A stretch of 64,000 nucleotides of DNA from Paragordius varius (lineage: Eukaryota; Animalia; Nematomorpha): contig OZ176053.1 in assembly GCA_964247055.1 (NCBI GenBank), positions 1,674,001 through 1,738,000 of the forward strand, in the 5' to 3' direction. Positions 52,786-64,000 of this stretch are shown one piece after another (position 1 is the first letter of the stretch; the number at the start of each line of letters is the position of its first letter). The position numbers and the translations under genes are program-made. Below the pieces are notes generated by a model. The model saw only the letters and a program-made list of their open reading frames with translations, searched no databases and was not told the DNA's origin.

Positions 52786-55700
52786 CTAGTAAAAATAATT
52801 ATAGCTTTAATTACTGAAAAACATTAATAAATTAGAATTTAAACAAGCTTGCGCGTAAAATTTATAATAATTGATCAATAGTTTAATATATAATATATAT
52901 ATATATATTTTCCTGAAAAATACTCTTAATGAGACTTTCTAGGGCGTCGCAAAATGACAAAAGCAAGAATTTCGGCAAAAACTAATTGTCATAATTAGAT
53001 TAGCAAAAATTTAATGGCTAATGTTGACTTATATCTATCTGCGAAAATGGGGAAATCTATTAAACACTTTGCTCGATATATTAATTGTATGAGAAAAAGA
53101 ATAAAATACCAAAACAAGTCATTTGAGTTTTTCTCCGATTAATCAAAACCAAAAAATCGCATTTTCCGCACATCAGTTCTTTATAAATAGGTTTCCCTGT
53201 ATCCTTATTTTGACTTATAAAAGAAGAATTAAATTTAAACAAAAAATGGGGAAAAGCCTTTTTAACTACAATTAAATACTATATACTATACATATTTAGC
53301 TTTATATAATAAACATTATTTGCATCAAAGCGAAAGTATCAAAAATACTTAACATTTTGGTGCCACTTAAGTTCCTTAGTTTTCGGTAATCGATAGAATA
53401 ATTAAATAAATGTATTCATAGCTTAAAAATATTATTTCTTATGTTAATAACGATAATCTAATAATATCATTATATATGATTATTATGATATGAAAATAGA
53501 AATCAAAAAGAAAAATATGTGCGTATTCAAATGTAGAAAAAAGTGCGTTTTGAATTTAATTAATCACATTTCCACCATGCTTCAAAATACCATAAAGTAA
53601 GCTTAAAAACGTTTTGGCAAAACTAAATTTTTAGGCAGACTATGCATTTTATTTTTTTGATGTAATAATCTGGCATGTATTAAAAATATTGCGTCTCGGA
53701 ATTTTTGCGTTAATTAAAAAATATTAGCCCATTTTGGGTAATACAAATTTTGCGACTTTCGGAGTTGTGCTAATATTGTGATTAAGCAATCATCTCAATA
53801 GTTCAATTAAAGACTCAAAATTTAACATATAAAATCCTAACAAATTTTTCTATCATTTTTATGTTTTTAAGTTTTTTGTGAGCAATCTGTATTGTGCCTA
53901 ATTTTTAATTTTTTGATAAGAAGTAGATAGTACAAAAGTGGAAATATTTTTAAATGATCTTTATGGCATAAAACCAACACCATGGGAATCCGAAAATATT
54001 TTTAAAATAAATATCGTCAGAATAAATACATTTCATCAAAATTTTTACTGGCACTGGGTTATTAGTATTTAAAATAGGAAAAAATGATTATTAGTTATAA
54101 TTTTTTAGCTCATGCACCGATTAATGATATCTAATTTTTTTTGTTTTATTACGAATTAAGGATGTCAAATCCTTTTGAATATTATCCTATAATTTGTGCA
54201 TAAGAGTTAACGCAAACCTTAAAATAGATATAACACATCGCATTTATAAAATATATGAATTAAATTGACCTAGGGTCGCTAACAAAATTTGTATTAAATT
54301 AAATTTGAATGCAAAAATCCTTCATCAGTCTCTCTTTAACAAAAACAGTCAAACATAAAAAAAATTTAATTAAATTTTTTATATTCAGCACCCCTTAACT
54401 GGCACTGTGCGCATATATAAACCCCTTCCACCTCCATTACTTTCAGTGTATTGATTTTAACTTTAAATTTATCGAAACTCTGACATTGTCATCCGAAAGC
54501 AATGGGATAGTTTATATGCCAGAGTTAAAATCTGTAAATACTGTTTTGACCTAAATTTTAGCTAAAATTTAATCATTAATTATTATCATTTATTATATAA
54601 ACAACCTTATAGTGTTTTTAAAGTTTAGTGACTTCTGGATTCTAAAATTGGGACAGCTTTGAAAAACGATTGAAACGAACAGCTGATATTAAAATCAAAA
54701 TATATTAAGTTTTCTGGTAAAATAGAGCCTGGAAACATTTTAAAGTTAATTATTAAATTTTCCAATCAAAATACACATTTTCATTAGTGATTTAAAAAAT
54801 TTATAGATAAGGGCTGGAAAAAGTTTGAAATGAGTATATTTTGACAATTTGCATTTTTTTGAATTTTTAAAAAGAATGCATATTTTTAAAATTCAGCTTA
54901 ATAATTTATTTACTTTTTAAGATATTTAAATTATAAACTCTGATATTAAACCATTCCAAAAGGACACTGAGTGTTAAATTTTATGGAATATAAATTTGGA
55001 AAAACAAATAATAAAATTATCATGAGTTCAAATTTTACTTGTGAAAGCATATAATACACCACTGATAGAGAGCTAACTATAAGTAAAATTATCTTTATTT
55101 TTACGCAACGACGGCATATCTAGAAATACAATAAAATAAATAAATATTTAATATTTATATTTTTACTGCTATATGACTCGTTCTGTTAGCACTTAGTTCG
55201 CGAATACCTAAATTATCACTTTATTCATACGGTACTGGTACTCCAGCCAAAAATGTGTAAATTTGTTCACGGTAAATGGGAATTTGTTCGTCAATATTTT
55301 AAAAAATTTGCACGTACGTTTTTCGGCATATACAGTATCAGTAAAAATACATTGCAACAAACTGTAAAGGTAAATATTATTGGCTAAAAGTTGGTTAACA
55401 CAAAAATGCTGTTTTTTCATCTTTTAGCCAAATAAAATGCTCTTTCCCTCGTAATTAAAAACTCGTAATGTATTATTACTCAAACTATTTGAACGTATGA
55501 ATGTGTAGCTATTTCTCTTGATGTTGAGAACTTAAAAGCTGTGATGTTGATCCTGCGCATAAAATATCGTAATAATTGATCATTTGGATTTTATTCTACC
55601 AAAAAAAACGAGAATGTTTACGTGTATAATTCAAACTGCAAAATAAATATTATAATATTGATTTCAGGATTTATATAAATATTTGATTGAATTATAAATG

Positions 55701-56513
55701 TCGAAAAATGTTGTCCATGTGCATAATATTTACTATAACACAAACGTTGCTGCCAAAAAAATAAAATGTTATGAGAGATATTATTGGTTATATTTAATTG
55801 GTCAAAATGGTTCCGAATCCACGTGCGCGTTAGCTACTTTTTTATTTTTATTATAAACATATTTAATTGTTAAATTACAAAAAATTTAGTAACGCCTGAT
55901 TTCGTTTTCATCAGAGAAATGTTACCTTTTCATATAATAAGACAATTTTAAATTCTAATTTCTAATAAATGTGTTGTCTTATATCTCTGTAAATAAATTC
56001 AGGATGACTGTATAAATATACAACTATTCAAATTTAAAATCTCAATGCTAACACACTAAGGATTTTAAACCCCTTTAACCAATTAAAATACCGATGCGAC
56101 CAGTAATAGCTGCCGTTATATAAAAAAGTATGGAATACACGTTGCTAGTATTTGATTTTTTATTCCCAGAGAGCATTTACAGTAAAGCGTTATGATTGGA
56201 TTAAATGGCGCATGAGATATTTTTGTATATTTTTTCAATTTTCCTTCATTTTAGCCAATAGTAATGCTTTTTTGTATAAATGGTATCTAGCATATTTGAT
56301 GAAAAACTAGCAATGTATTGTACTCTCTACTGTTTTTTACTTAACACTAAATGCGATTTTTGTTAATTAGAAACTATGAGTACAAATATTAGCACCTAGT
56401 TTTTGCATTTATTTAGCAGCCATATATATATATATAAATCAAATTCCAACACCATCCCATTTTTATTTTAAAAGTTTTAACCGAAAAATTTTTTTGTTTA
56501 TAGCAAAAACAAA

Positions 56514-58614
56514 TTATTTTTCTTCATCTAAACCGAAATCTCCACTATTTCCTGAAGAGGAAGATTCTGGATTTGGTGATCTGATTTCGCTAGCATTCAA
56601 ATTCAATTCATGATTTTCATAGCCCCATATTATCGAATTACATATGGCAGCATTCATATTTTGTAAATTTATCGTTTCACCATTGTATGCACAAGTACCA
56701 ATCAGAGTTAGGCCAGTTTTAAGGCTTATATCACATAAAACACGGGAACAACTTAAAGGGTTTCCTAAAATGCCAACAAAAATCGAGTAAAAATGACATT
56801 ATACAGACAAAACGTAAAAAGAAAGACAGATGTTTTTTAAAAAAAAAGACAATTATTTATTTCAAATATTAATTTTTTAATAAATAGCCTTATCATTTAA
56901 GTTGCTAAATAAAGGATAGACCAAAATATACAAAATTAATTGTAATTAAATAGTTTATGCAGTTAAACCAATGTTTGAAAGGTATCATTGTCTGTTATAA
57001 AGAAAATATCTCTTTTAAAGATTTTACGTTTTGTTTGTATAATTTCAATTTTTACTGTATATTTTCAATATAAATTTAGCTAGGAACAAAATGAGATGTG
57101 TTATTTGGGCATCGCATATAAAAAAATATCAAATAGAGACCTGTTAAATCTATTTCTACACTGGAAATAGCGGTAGGCGCAAAAACTCTTGTAATATTAT
57201 TATTACTTAAATCTATGGTTTGGATATTTTTCAGTATTTCAAAATCATTTAAATCTAAATAATTTATCGAATTTCCAGAGAGCCGAATTATTTGCAATGA
57301 TGGACTTAGGCATAAAGAAGATATATTACGAATCCGGTTGTAATCCAAATTGATTTCTTTTATCTGGTTCAAATTGGAAACATCTAAAGTTACCAACTTA
57401 TTTCTGGATAATTCTAAGATCTCCAAATTTTTAAGTGTAGGCAAAGTGGTTAAATTTATTTCTCCAATATGATTATTATTTAAATACAATGATTTTAATT
57501 TGGATAGTTTCTCAGTATTTTTAGCTAGAGGTGTATTAATGTACGTAATACTATTGGAATCCAAATTTACGGTTTCTAAATTTTTGCAATCGCTTATTTC
57601 GTCTATAAAATTATCGTTTTTGTCGCTTCCAATCATATTTTTTTCAAGGCTTAAATGTTTTAAATTTTTACTCTTTAAATTACAAATATTCTTCGGAAAG
57701 GAAAGAAGCATGTTATCGTCAAACGATAGAGATTCAATCTTAGGCGGGGAAAAGTTCAAATTTTTGATTTTTTGAAGATTAGTTCCAATACACAAGTCAG
57801 TTAGTTGGCTAAAGGCTTGAGGGAATACATAGGACTCGTCGATATCCACAATTTTCGGAGATAGAAAATGCAAACTCTCCAGGTTTGTGCATTCTATTTT
57901 TTTTAACTCCCTCAGCTCAAGCATACTCAATAGTATGAGTTGTTTAAGAGCTTTATTTTTTAATACACCACGAGTTTGGCTAAGGAATGGCATCTTAAAG
58001 TTCAAAAAACTTAACTGATTTAATGCATTAAACTTGCTCCAATCCAATCGGCGTATGCGATCCAAATCTAACCAAAGTGATTTTATGGGTAAATTTTTGA
58101 TTTGATTAACAATCGCATAGACCATCGTTTCATTAACTTTAGCATTCAAATCGTAATCTGTAATTTCCAAGTGGTTTAAATAGCTTAATCTGCCAAACAA
58201 ATTAGTGTTTTTGGCTAAATCAATCCATCTAACTTGAATTAGGGAGAGAGCGCTTATTCTGACCATATCATTCACCTGGATATTCTCAAAAGATAGCTTT
58301 GTAAATTTAGACTCAATAATAATTAGAGAAATATTAAGGATAGACTGATTACCGTCTCCGCCAGTATAATTGGCAAAAATACTTTCTAGGTTTGAAAAAT
58401 CAATATCGTCCAAACCATTACATTTAACTGAAGTTTTGATAGCCAAAATGTTAGCTATGGGTTCTTTGAATGGTTCACACATGCATTTGGGAATAAAATT
58501 GTTTAAGGTAAAACATAATTTTTCTATCCCGCTATCTTTTAAAGCTGAGGTTCGAGCCGTCAGGTATAAGGAGCACAAAACTCCAATAACGATACGGATA
58601 TATCTTGAAGTCAT
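56514..58614 (-). CDS. Secreted LRR protein, copy L7 (intact, about 574 aa)
   Basis: Exon 1 is 58614-57141 and exon 2 is 56764-56514. Open spliced frame. Confidence 0.88.
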
Positions 58615-59296
58615 TATTAATTTAAAAAATAATTATATCTCTCCGAAAAAGAAAATTTATTTTATATAATTTTTATCGACTGATTATACTACCTTTATTT
58701 AAATGTTAAATTTGCTAATAAAATTGTTTGTTATTATACTCAGCATTTTTTATTGCTATTTACGCAATTCGATTGAATTCTACGAATTTTAACTCTAAAA
58801 TCGTAAGAAATACATTCATTACCTTTATTCGTAAAAACTAGTTGATATGAACCTTATATTATCTTCGAATTACATTGTTATCTTAGTTTAGGGGATATTT
58901 TTGTACAAATATAATATAATTTACGTATATTTGCTGTTGTAATACATTATGTATTTTAATGTTTGCTTATTTCATATTATAATAGGGTAATTTGCAACAC
59001 ACTAGTGTATGGAAAAAACAGCAAAATGTTGAATAAACAATTATTTCCTTTCTATCCAATAGTATCATTTATAAATATTTTATTAGATTTCAAACATAAA
59101 ACTAAAAAAATTCTAAAATGTTATATAAAGTATTTATTTTAGAAACTTCTTCAGCAAGTCTAGGAAAGTTGTTTTACTAAGATTTTATCAATAATTAGCA
59201 TTTGATAAAAAAGCTATCTTTTAAATATAATACCATGTTAATTTATTTTGTAATAATGAGCCTTTTTTTCTCTATATTACATATTATCTTTTAAAT

Positions 59297-61265
59297 CAGG
59301 GGTGCCAACAGGGTACTCGCCAGCCACTAGTGGCTCATTAAAAATTTTGAGAGGCTCTTTGAAAATTTGAAAAAAAAATTTTTTTAATAAAAAATAATTT
59401 CTATTTTTTAAAAAAATTTTTATATATAAATTATGCATTTTTATTTTGACATTTAAATTATTTTTAGAAACTTTATAAAATTCTTTATCATAAATATCCA
59501 TCATCGCATTCATTTAATCATTTATAAAACACATTTCCTGCATGTTATTTCCAATTTCAAGATGATAACTTTCACATTAAATTAACTTTAAATTAATTGC
59601 AAAAAATAAGTATTTAAAATAATTTATTTGGCTTTTATACCAATACTGGGAATCTTAATTTGGGTCCATTGAAACATTGAAATACTTGCAAAAAATAGGT
59701 ATTTAAAATAATTTATTTAGCTTTCATACCAATACTGGGAATTATAATTTGGGTCCATTGAAACAATAAATTACTTGCAAAAAATAGGTATTTAAAATAA
59801 TTTATTTATCTTTCAATATGCATAAATTTAAAAAAGTAACTAAAAAATACAATTCCGACTGGGAATTAAATGGGTTTACTCAAATTTTCAACAAAGCGGA
59901 GTGCCTTATTTGCAAATTTACGACAAACGGGTTTCGCGAATATAATTTAAAAAGACATGCCGGCGCACATGCTCTGACAATAGACAATGTTATGACCGTT
60001 GTTATTAAAGTAGTTAATTTTATAAAATCTCATGCTTTGAAGCATAGGCAGTTTAAGGAGTTATTAAAAAAATTCATTCAGAATATGGAGATCTTATATT
60101 TTTTTCGAATGTAAGGTGGCTTAGTCGAGGTAAATGTCTAAAAAGGTTTTATTATTTTTATAAGAAATAAATATTTTTTTATTGCTGAATAATTATTTGG
60201 TAGAGGAATTAACCAATAGTGATTGTCAGATTTATGCTTTTCCGTAGATATTACCGAAAAACTAAATCAATTAAATGAAACCAGATAATTTAATTGTTGA
60301 TGCGATAAACCATATTTAAGCGTTTTGTGAAAAAATGATGTTATTTGAATGCCATTTAAAAAAAATAATGCTGAAGATTTTCCAGAATTGAATAGATTTA
60401 AAGCTGGTAAAACTAACGATTTTTCAAAATATGCAGATAAAATTAACATATTTAACAAGCTTTTAATAATCGACACGGGGATATGAAAAAATATGAAAAA
60501 ATATTTGATTTATTTTGTTGTCCATTCTACGTTGAAGCTATCAACGCTCCTATTAATTTACAAATGGAACTACTAGATTTGCAATCCAACAATGAATTAG
60601 AATTATTATTTGGGCAAACAAATAAAATTGAATTTTATAAAAAATATATAACGTTTGATAAATTTTCTAATTGAAGAATTATTGCACAAAGATTAAATTG
60701 TGCTTTTGGGTCCACTTATCTTTGTGAAAATTTTTTTGTAAATGAAATACACAAAATCTCTTTCACGTTCTTTTTTAACTAATGAAAACTATCTCTCTCA
60801 CGTTCTTTTTTAACTAATGAAAACTTAGAATGTATTGAGATGTGCTGTATCAAATATTGATATAGATCTGAATAAATTAAGCAAAAAAATACAAAACAAA
60901 CACCCCATTAAAAATTTAATTATGCAATGAAAAATATTTATTTCTTTTATTTTTATTAGATAAAAAAAGGTTACATTTAAGCGATTAAATTCGCCACAGT
61001 CTACTCTAGTCATACTATCGAATTGCAATAAGTTTTTCATATCCATAAATTTTTATCTTTTTTTTTACACAGTGATATAATTTAATTATCAAAATTATAT
61101 TTATACTGTTTATTTTCTTTTTGATATAAAAATTAGCACATCTATATGTTAATATAATAAATTTATTTGTTACCAATGTCTTGAGATATATAAATAAAAA
61201 GTGGCTCTTTGGAATTTTGAGGTCGAAATGGTGGCTCTTCAAGCCATTTGTGTTGGACACCCCTG
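59297..61265 (+). mobile_element. hAT (SPIN/Charlie/GTF2IRD2-like) internally deleted DNA transposon
   Basis: TIRs CAGGGGTGCCAAC / GTTGGACACCCCTG and 8-bp TSD TTTTAAAT. Transposase remnants: CLIC..NLKRH, VIKVVNFIKSHALKHRQF, VRWLSRGKCLKRF, FGSTYLCE. Empty site e.g. at about 28871. Confidence 0.92.
59598..59815. repeat. About 87-bp tandem repeat (2.5 copies) in the hAT left subterminal region
   Basis: tgcaaaaaata(a/g)gtatttaaaataatttattt... recurs three times. Confidence 0.8.
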
Positions 61266-62378
61266 TTTTAAATCATAGTGTGAAACGAGTTCATATTTAT
61301 CACATTAAGTTTTGTTAGATAAATTAATTTTTTTTCGAACCAAATCTTGTTCTTTGTAAATATGAGACTGATTTAAACATACGATACAAAATGAAATACG
61401 TAGAGCATATGGTAAATAACAACAAATGGTTAAATTTATCACCTAAGATTTTGACACTCTTTTCTCCAATATTTAGGACATTTTTTCCCTGGTATATATC
61501 AAAGAAGAAAGCAAAAATTCAATAGATTTGGAAACGGCCACGTAAAACAAAACAGCCGAATAACTAATTTAAGATCAGGCTTAAAAAAACCGTAGAGAAC
61601 TAGAAGTTAATTGGTTCATCTATCCACTAGTTAAATGAATACAGGTGCGCATCCGACTCTGTTTGGAACTAAATTAAAATGGCGTGTTCCAAGTTCTATC
61701 TAATATATTATTCCTTTTATTGGCATAACAATCGTGTAGGTGATTCTTATTTTTTAAAAATAGCTATATTTATTTTTTGAGATTAAGCATTCTGTTATTA
61801 ATTTATATATTACTTATGCCAATATCACTTGGCCCTTTATTTGTTGTATATTATATCATTAAGTTTCTAATTCTGCTTAATATATGCATCCACACCAAAC
61901 TATCCTAATTTGGTCACATTATGACATCTAACTCATTTGAAAAGTCCTTGATTTGGAAAATGTTAGTACACACAAAAGGGTGTGAGAATAATAAGGTGGA
62001 TGGACAATATTCTAAAAGAAGGCAATGCAACCTTGGCAGAACTCAACATTATAACTAAAAATAGCCATCTATGAAGAAGTTTTATTTACAATATTGCAAA
62101 GATCGACCACATCTGTAGCACTACATATTTACATAATTTAAAAGCTTATTTATAGAAAGTATTATAGTTTTCAATAAATTGTCTGGTAAAGGTAAGAAAA
62201 TTGTATAATTTTTCCCCTGGTATGCATGCATACACCAAAGCATATATTAACAAATAAATTTCATACAATTTTTTAGCAGAAATAATAATTTATATCGTGG
62301 CGCGATAATTTTAACATGAAATAGCGAAAGCATGTACAATTTTTCAAAATTATGGCGATGATTATTTTTTTAAAGTTA

Positions 62379-63358
62379 CTAGCGTAAATCTCGTGCTGCT
62401 ACGCTGCCCGAGGAAGTCCTTCCGATTTCTGGGAGGGGGGGGCATATTTGATTTTATAAGCAATTTTGTTATGTGTCATGAAATTTTAAAATGATTAGTT
62501 TCATATTCTGAAATTTGGCTCCAAGGGCATGCTGTATCGATATGATGGCGCAGTTGTAGGCGGGTAGCCCCCAGGCCAAAATAAATATAGATAAAAATTT
62601 TTGCCTTTATACCTAGAATCAGCGTTCATTCCTAATAGTTTATGGAAGAATGGCTTCAAAACTAAATAATAGTTTAATGATAGCGTATTTTTTAGACAGT
62701 AAAGGGTTTATTTAACAGCTAATTCAAAAAATCCACTCGAAGTAAATTTTTGACTTTGTACGGGTAATACCTTAAGCAGCTATTGAACCCATATGGCCCA
62801 ATTTCACAAATTTAGCCCCAAAAGCACGCTATTTCGATATGACGGGTCAGTTTTTCGCGGGTAGCTCCTTATTCAGCATCTATCATCAAAGAAACGCTTG
62901 ACTAAAATTTTTGCCTTTTAACAGGGAATACGTGGAATCCTTATTGAATTTTTACGGTCTCATACCTTGGGCGAAAAATAGATTCAAAAAAATTTTTTTT
63001 GTGGATTTTGTTTTTTTGAAAATGTCATAATAAGGGGGGAGCGGGTAAAAAGAGGGCTTAAATTAAAAAAGTGAACCGACTATGTTCGGCGCAATCGAAA
63101 ATAAAAAATCATATTTGAAATTGAATGGTCCAACCGTTCTCCGGAAAATTGTCTTAAAGACACGATTTTTGTGGACTTTTGTTTTCAAAAAAACCCGTTT
63201 CTCACACGGGGTGGGCCCGAACTGGCGACCTAATTCAAAAAAGGGCGAAGCTATTGTCGGGGTCAATGATTATATCGATGTTTGGTCTTGAATGGGTCTA
63301 CCGGTTTTCCAGAAACAGATCACAAAGCCATTATTTTCCATTTTTATAAATATAGAGA
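62379..63358 (-). mobile_element. Non-autonomous Helitron, copy c
   Basis: Nearly identical to copy b, with the same termini and site. Confidence 0.82.
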
Positions 63359-63506
63359 TTACAAATCGATATTTTATGTGTTTAATTATTTTAAAATGTA
63401 TTACACCTGTTTATGACGTTTGACTCCCATTTTTATGGATAGCCTATTGAATGACGGCATTTTTAAAGTAAATTAATAATTAAAAATCAATTTATTGTAA
63501 AAGAGA

Positions 63507-64000
63507 TCATTTATTATATTGTAGATATTGTAATACGCTGCCACATTTTTTGTTGATGTAAGAAATTTCCCTGGGCTTGAGCTTTATTTTCCAATCATGC
63601 AAATGTTCGGTGGGATTTTTCCGATACGTATTAAAACTCTCTTCAATCATTGCGTTGTGGGACCAAGTCGATTTTATCAACCTTGGATTATCATAATTAT
63701 TATATTGCTGATGACCATAAACAACTAATTTTGGATTTAAACTGTTTGATGGCAAATTTAAAAATGTCAAAAGTTTTGACATAATGCGTGTATCTTGTGT
63801 CACCAAGTCTTCATATTTTACAAGTTTAATAATATTTTTATGCGATAATAACTTATACGTATTGAGATCATTAGACATGATAGAACACAATTTCTTAACC
63901 ATAGTCTGAAACGGATTTATAGTATTCCAATGTAATTTAATGCGACTTGATATGATGGCCCTTGGGTCTCGAACCAGGAAGACATAAGAAAATTGAGTAT
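63507..64000 (-). CDS. Sulfotransferase copy S5, last exon (rest of the gene outside the window)
   Basis: Open 494-nt exon B (LVRDPRAIISSR..KYEDL..YLQYNK*), near-identical to S4 exon B. Confidence 0.75.
   Translation of the reverse strand, partial: TQFSYVFLVRDPRAIISSRIKLHWNTINPFQTMVKKLCSIMSNDLNTYKLLSHKNIIKLVKYEDLVTQDTRIMSKLLTFLNLPSNSLNPKLVVYGHQQYNNYDNPRLIKSTWSHNAMIEESFNTYRKNPTEHLHDWKIKLKPREISYINKKCGSVLQYLQYNK

Noticed and set aside
50972-58614. Single fused LRR-sulfotransferase gene
   Set aside because: Each gene has its own conserved stop codon, the LRR has its own ATG and signal peptide, and no phase-compatible bridging exons were seen. Only transcript data could reopen this.
1-64000. Species or phylum assignment
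   Set aside because: High AT content, short GT-AG introns and the TE content suggest an invertebrate animal, but they are not diagnostic without a database search.

Overview
AT-rich eukaryotic (invertebrate-like, spliced genes) DNA made almost entirely of a tandem array of one two-gene cassette on the minus strand. The first gene is a 2-coding-exon secreted leucine-rich-repeat (LRR) protein gene with a signal peptide, Cys-capped LRR solenoid and a Ser-Gly/acidic tail. No TM or TIR domain was found. The second is a carbohydrate-sulfotransferase-like gene (CHST1/3/5-type motifs). There are seven LRR copies (L1-L7): four have intact spliced frames, one has a nonsense codon and two are frameshifted. 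The 5' flank of an eighth copy occupies the left edge. There are five sulfotransferase copies (S1-S5): three are clearly broken, S4 has intact catalytic exons, and S5 runs off the right edge. The full unit is roughly 10-12.5 kb. The array has been reshaped by deletions, by apparent recombination or gene conversion between paralogues, and by many transposons: two hAT elements with 8-bp TSDs, hAT end fragments, a nested CACT-ended element, a rearranged Gypsy remnant, three non-autonomous Helitron copies, hAT-type MITEs and an old RTE LINE remnant carried by each complete inter-gene flank. The most interesting signal is the repeated co-amplification of a secreted LRR protein carrying a proteoglycan-type GAG-attachment motif with a glycan sulfotransferase, together with patchwork variation of the LRR binding face. 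All alignments and translations beyond the ORF track were done by eye; functional statements are hypotheses.
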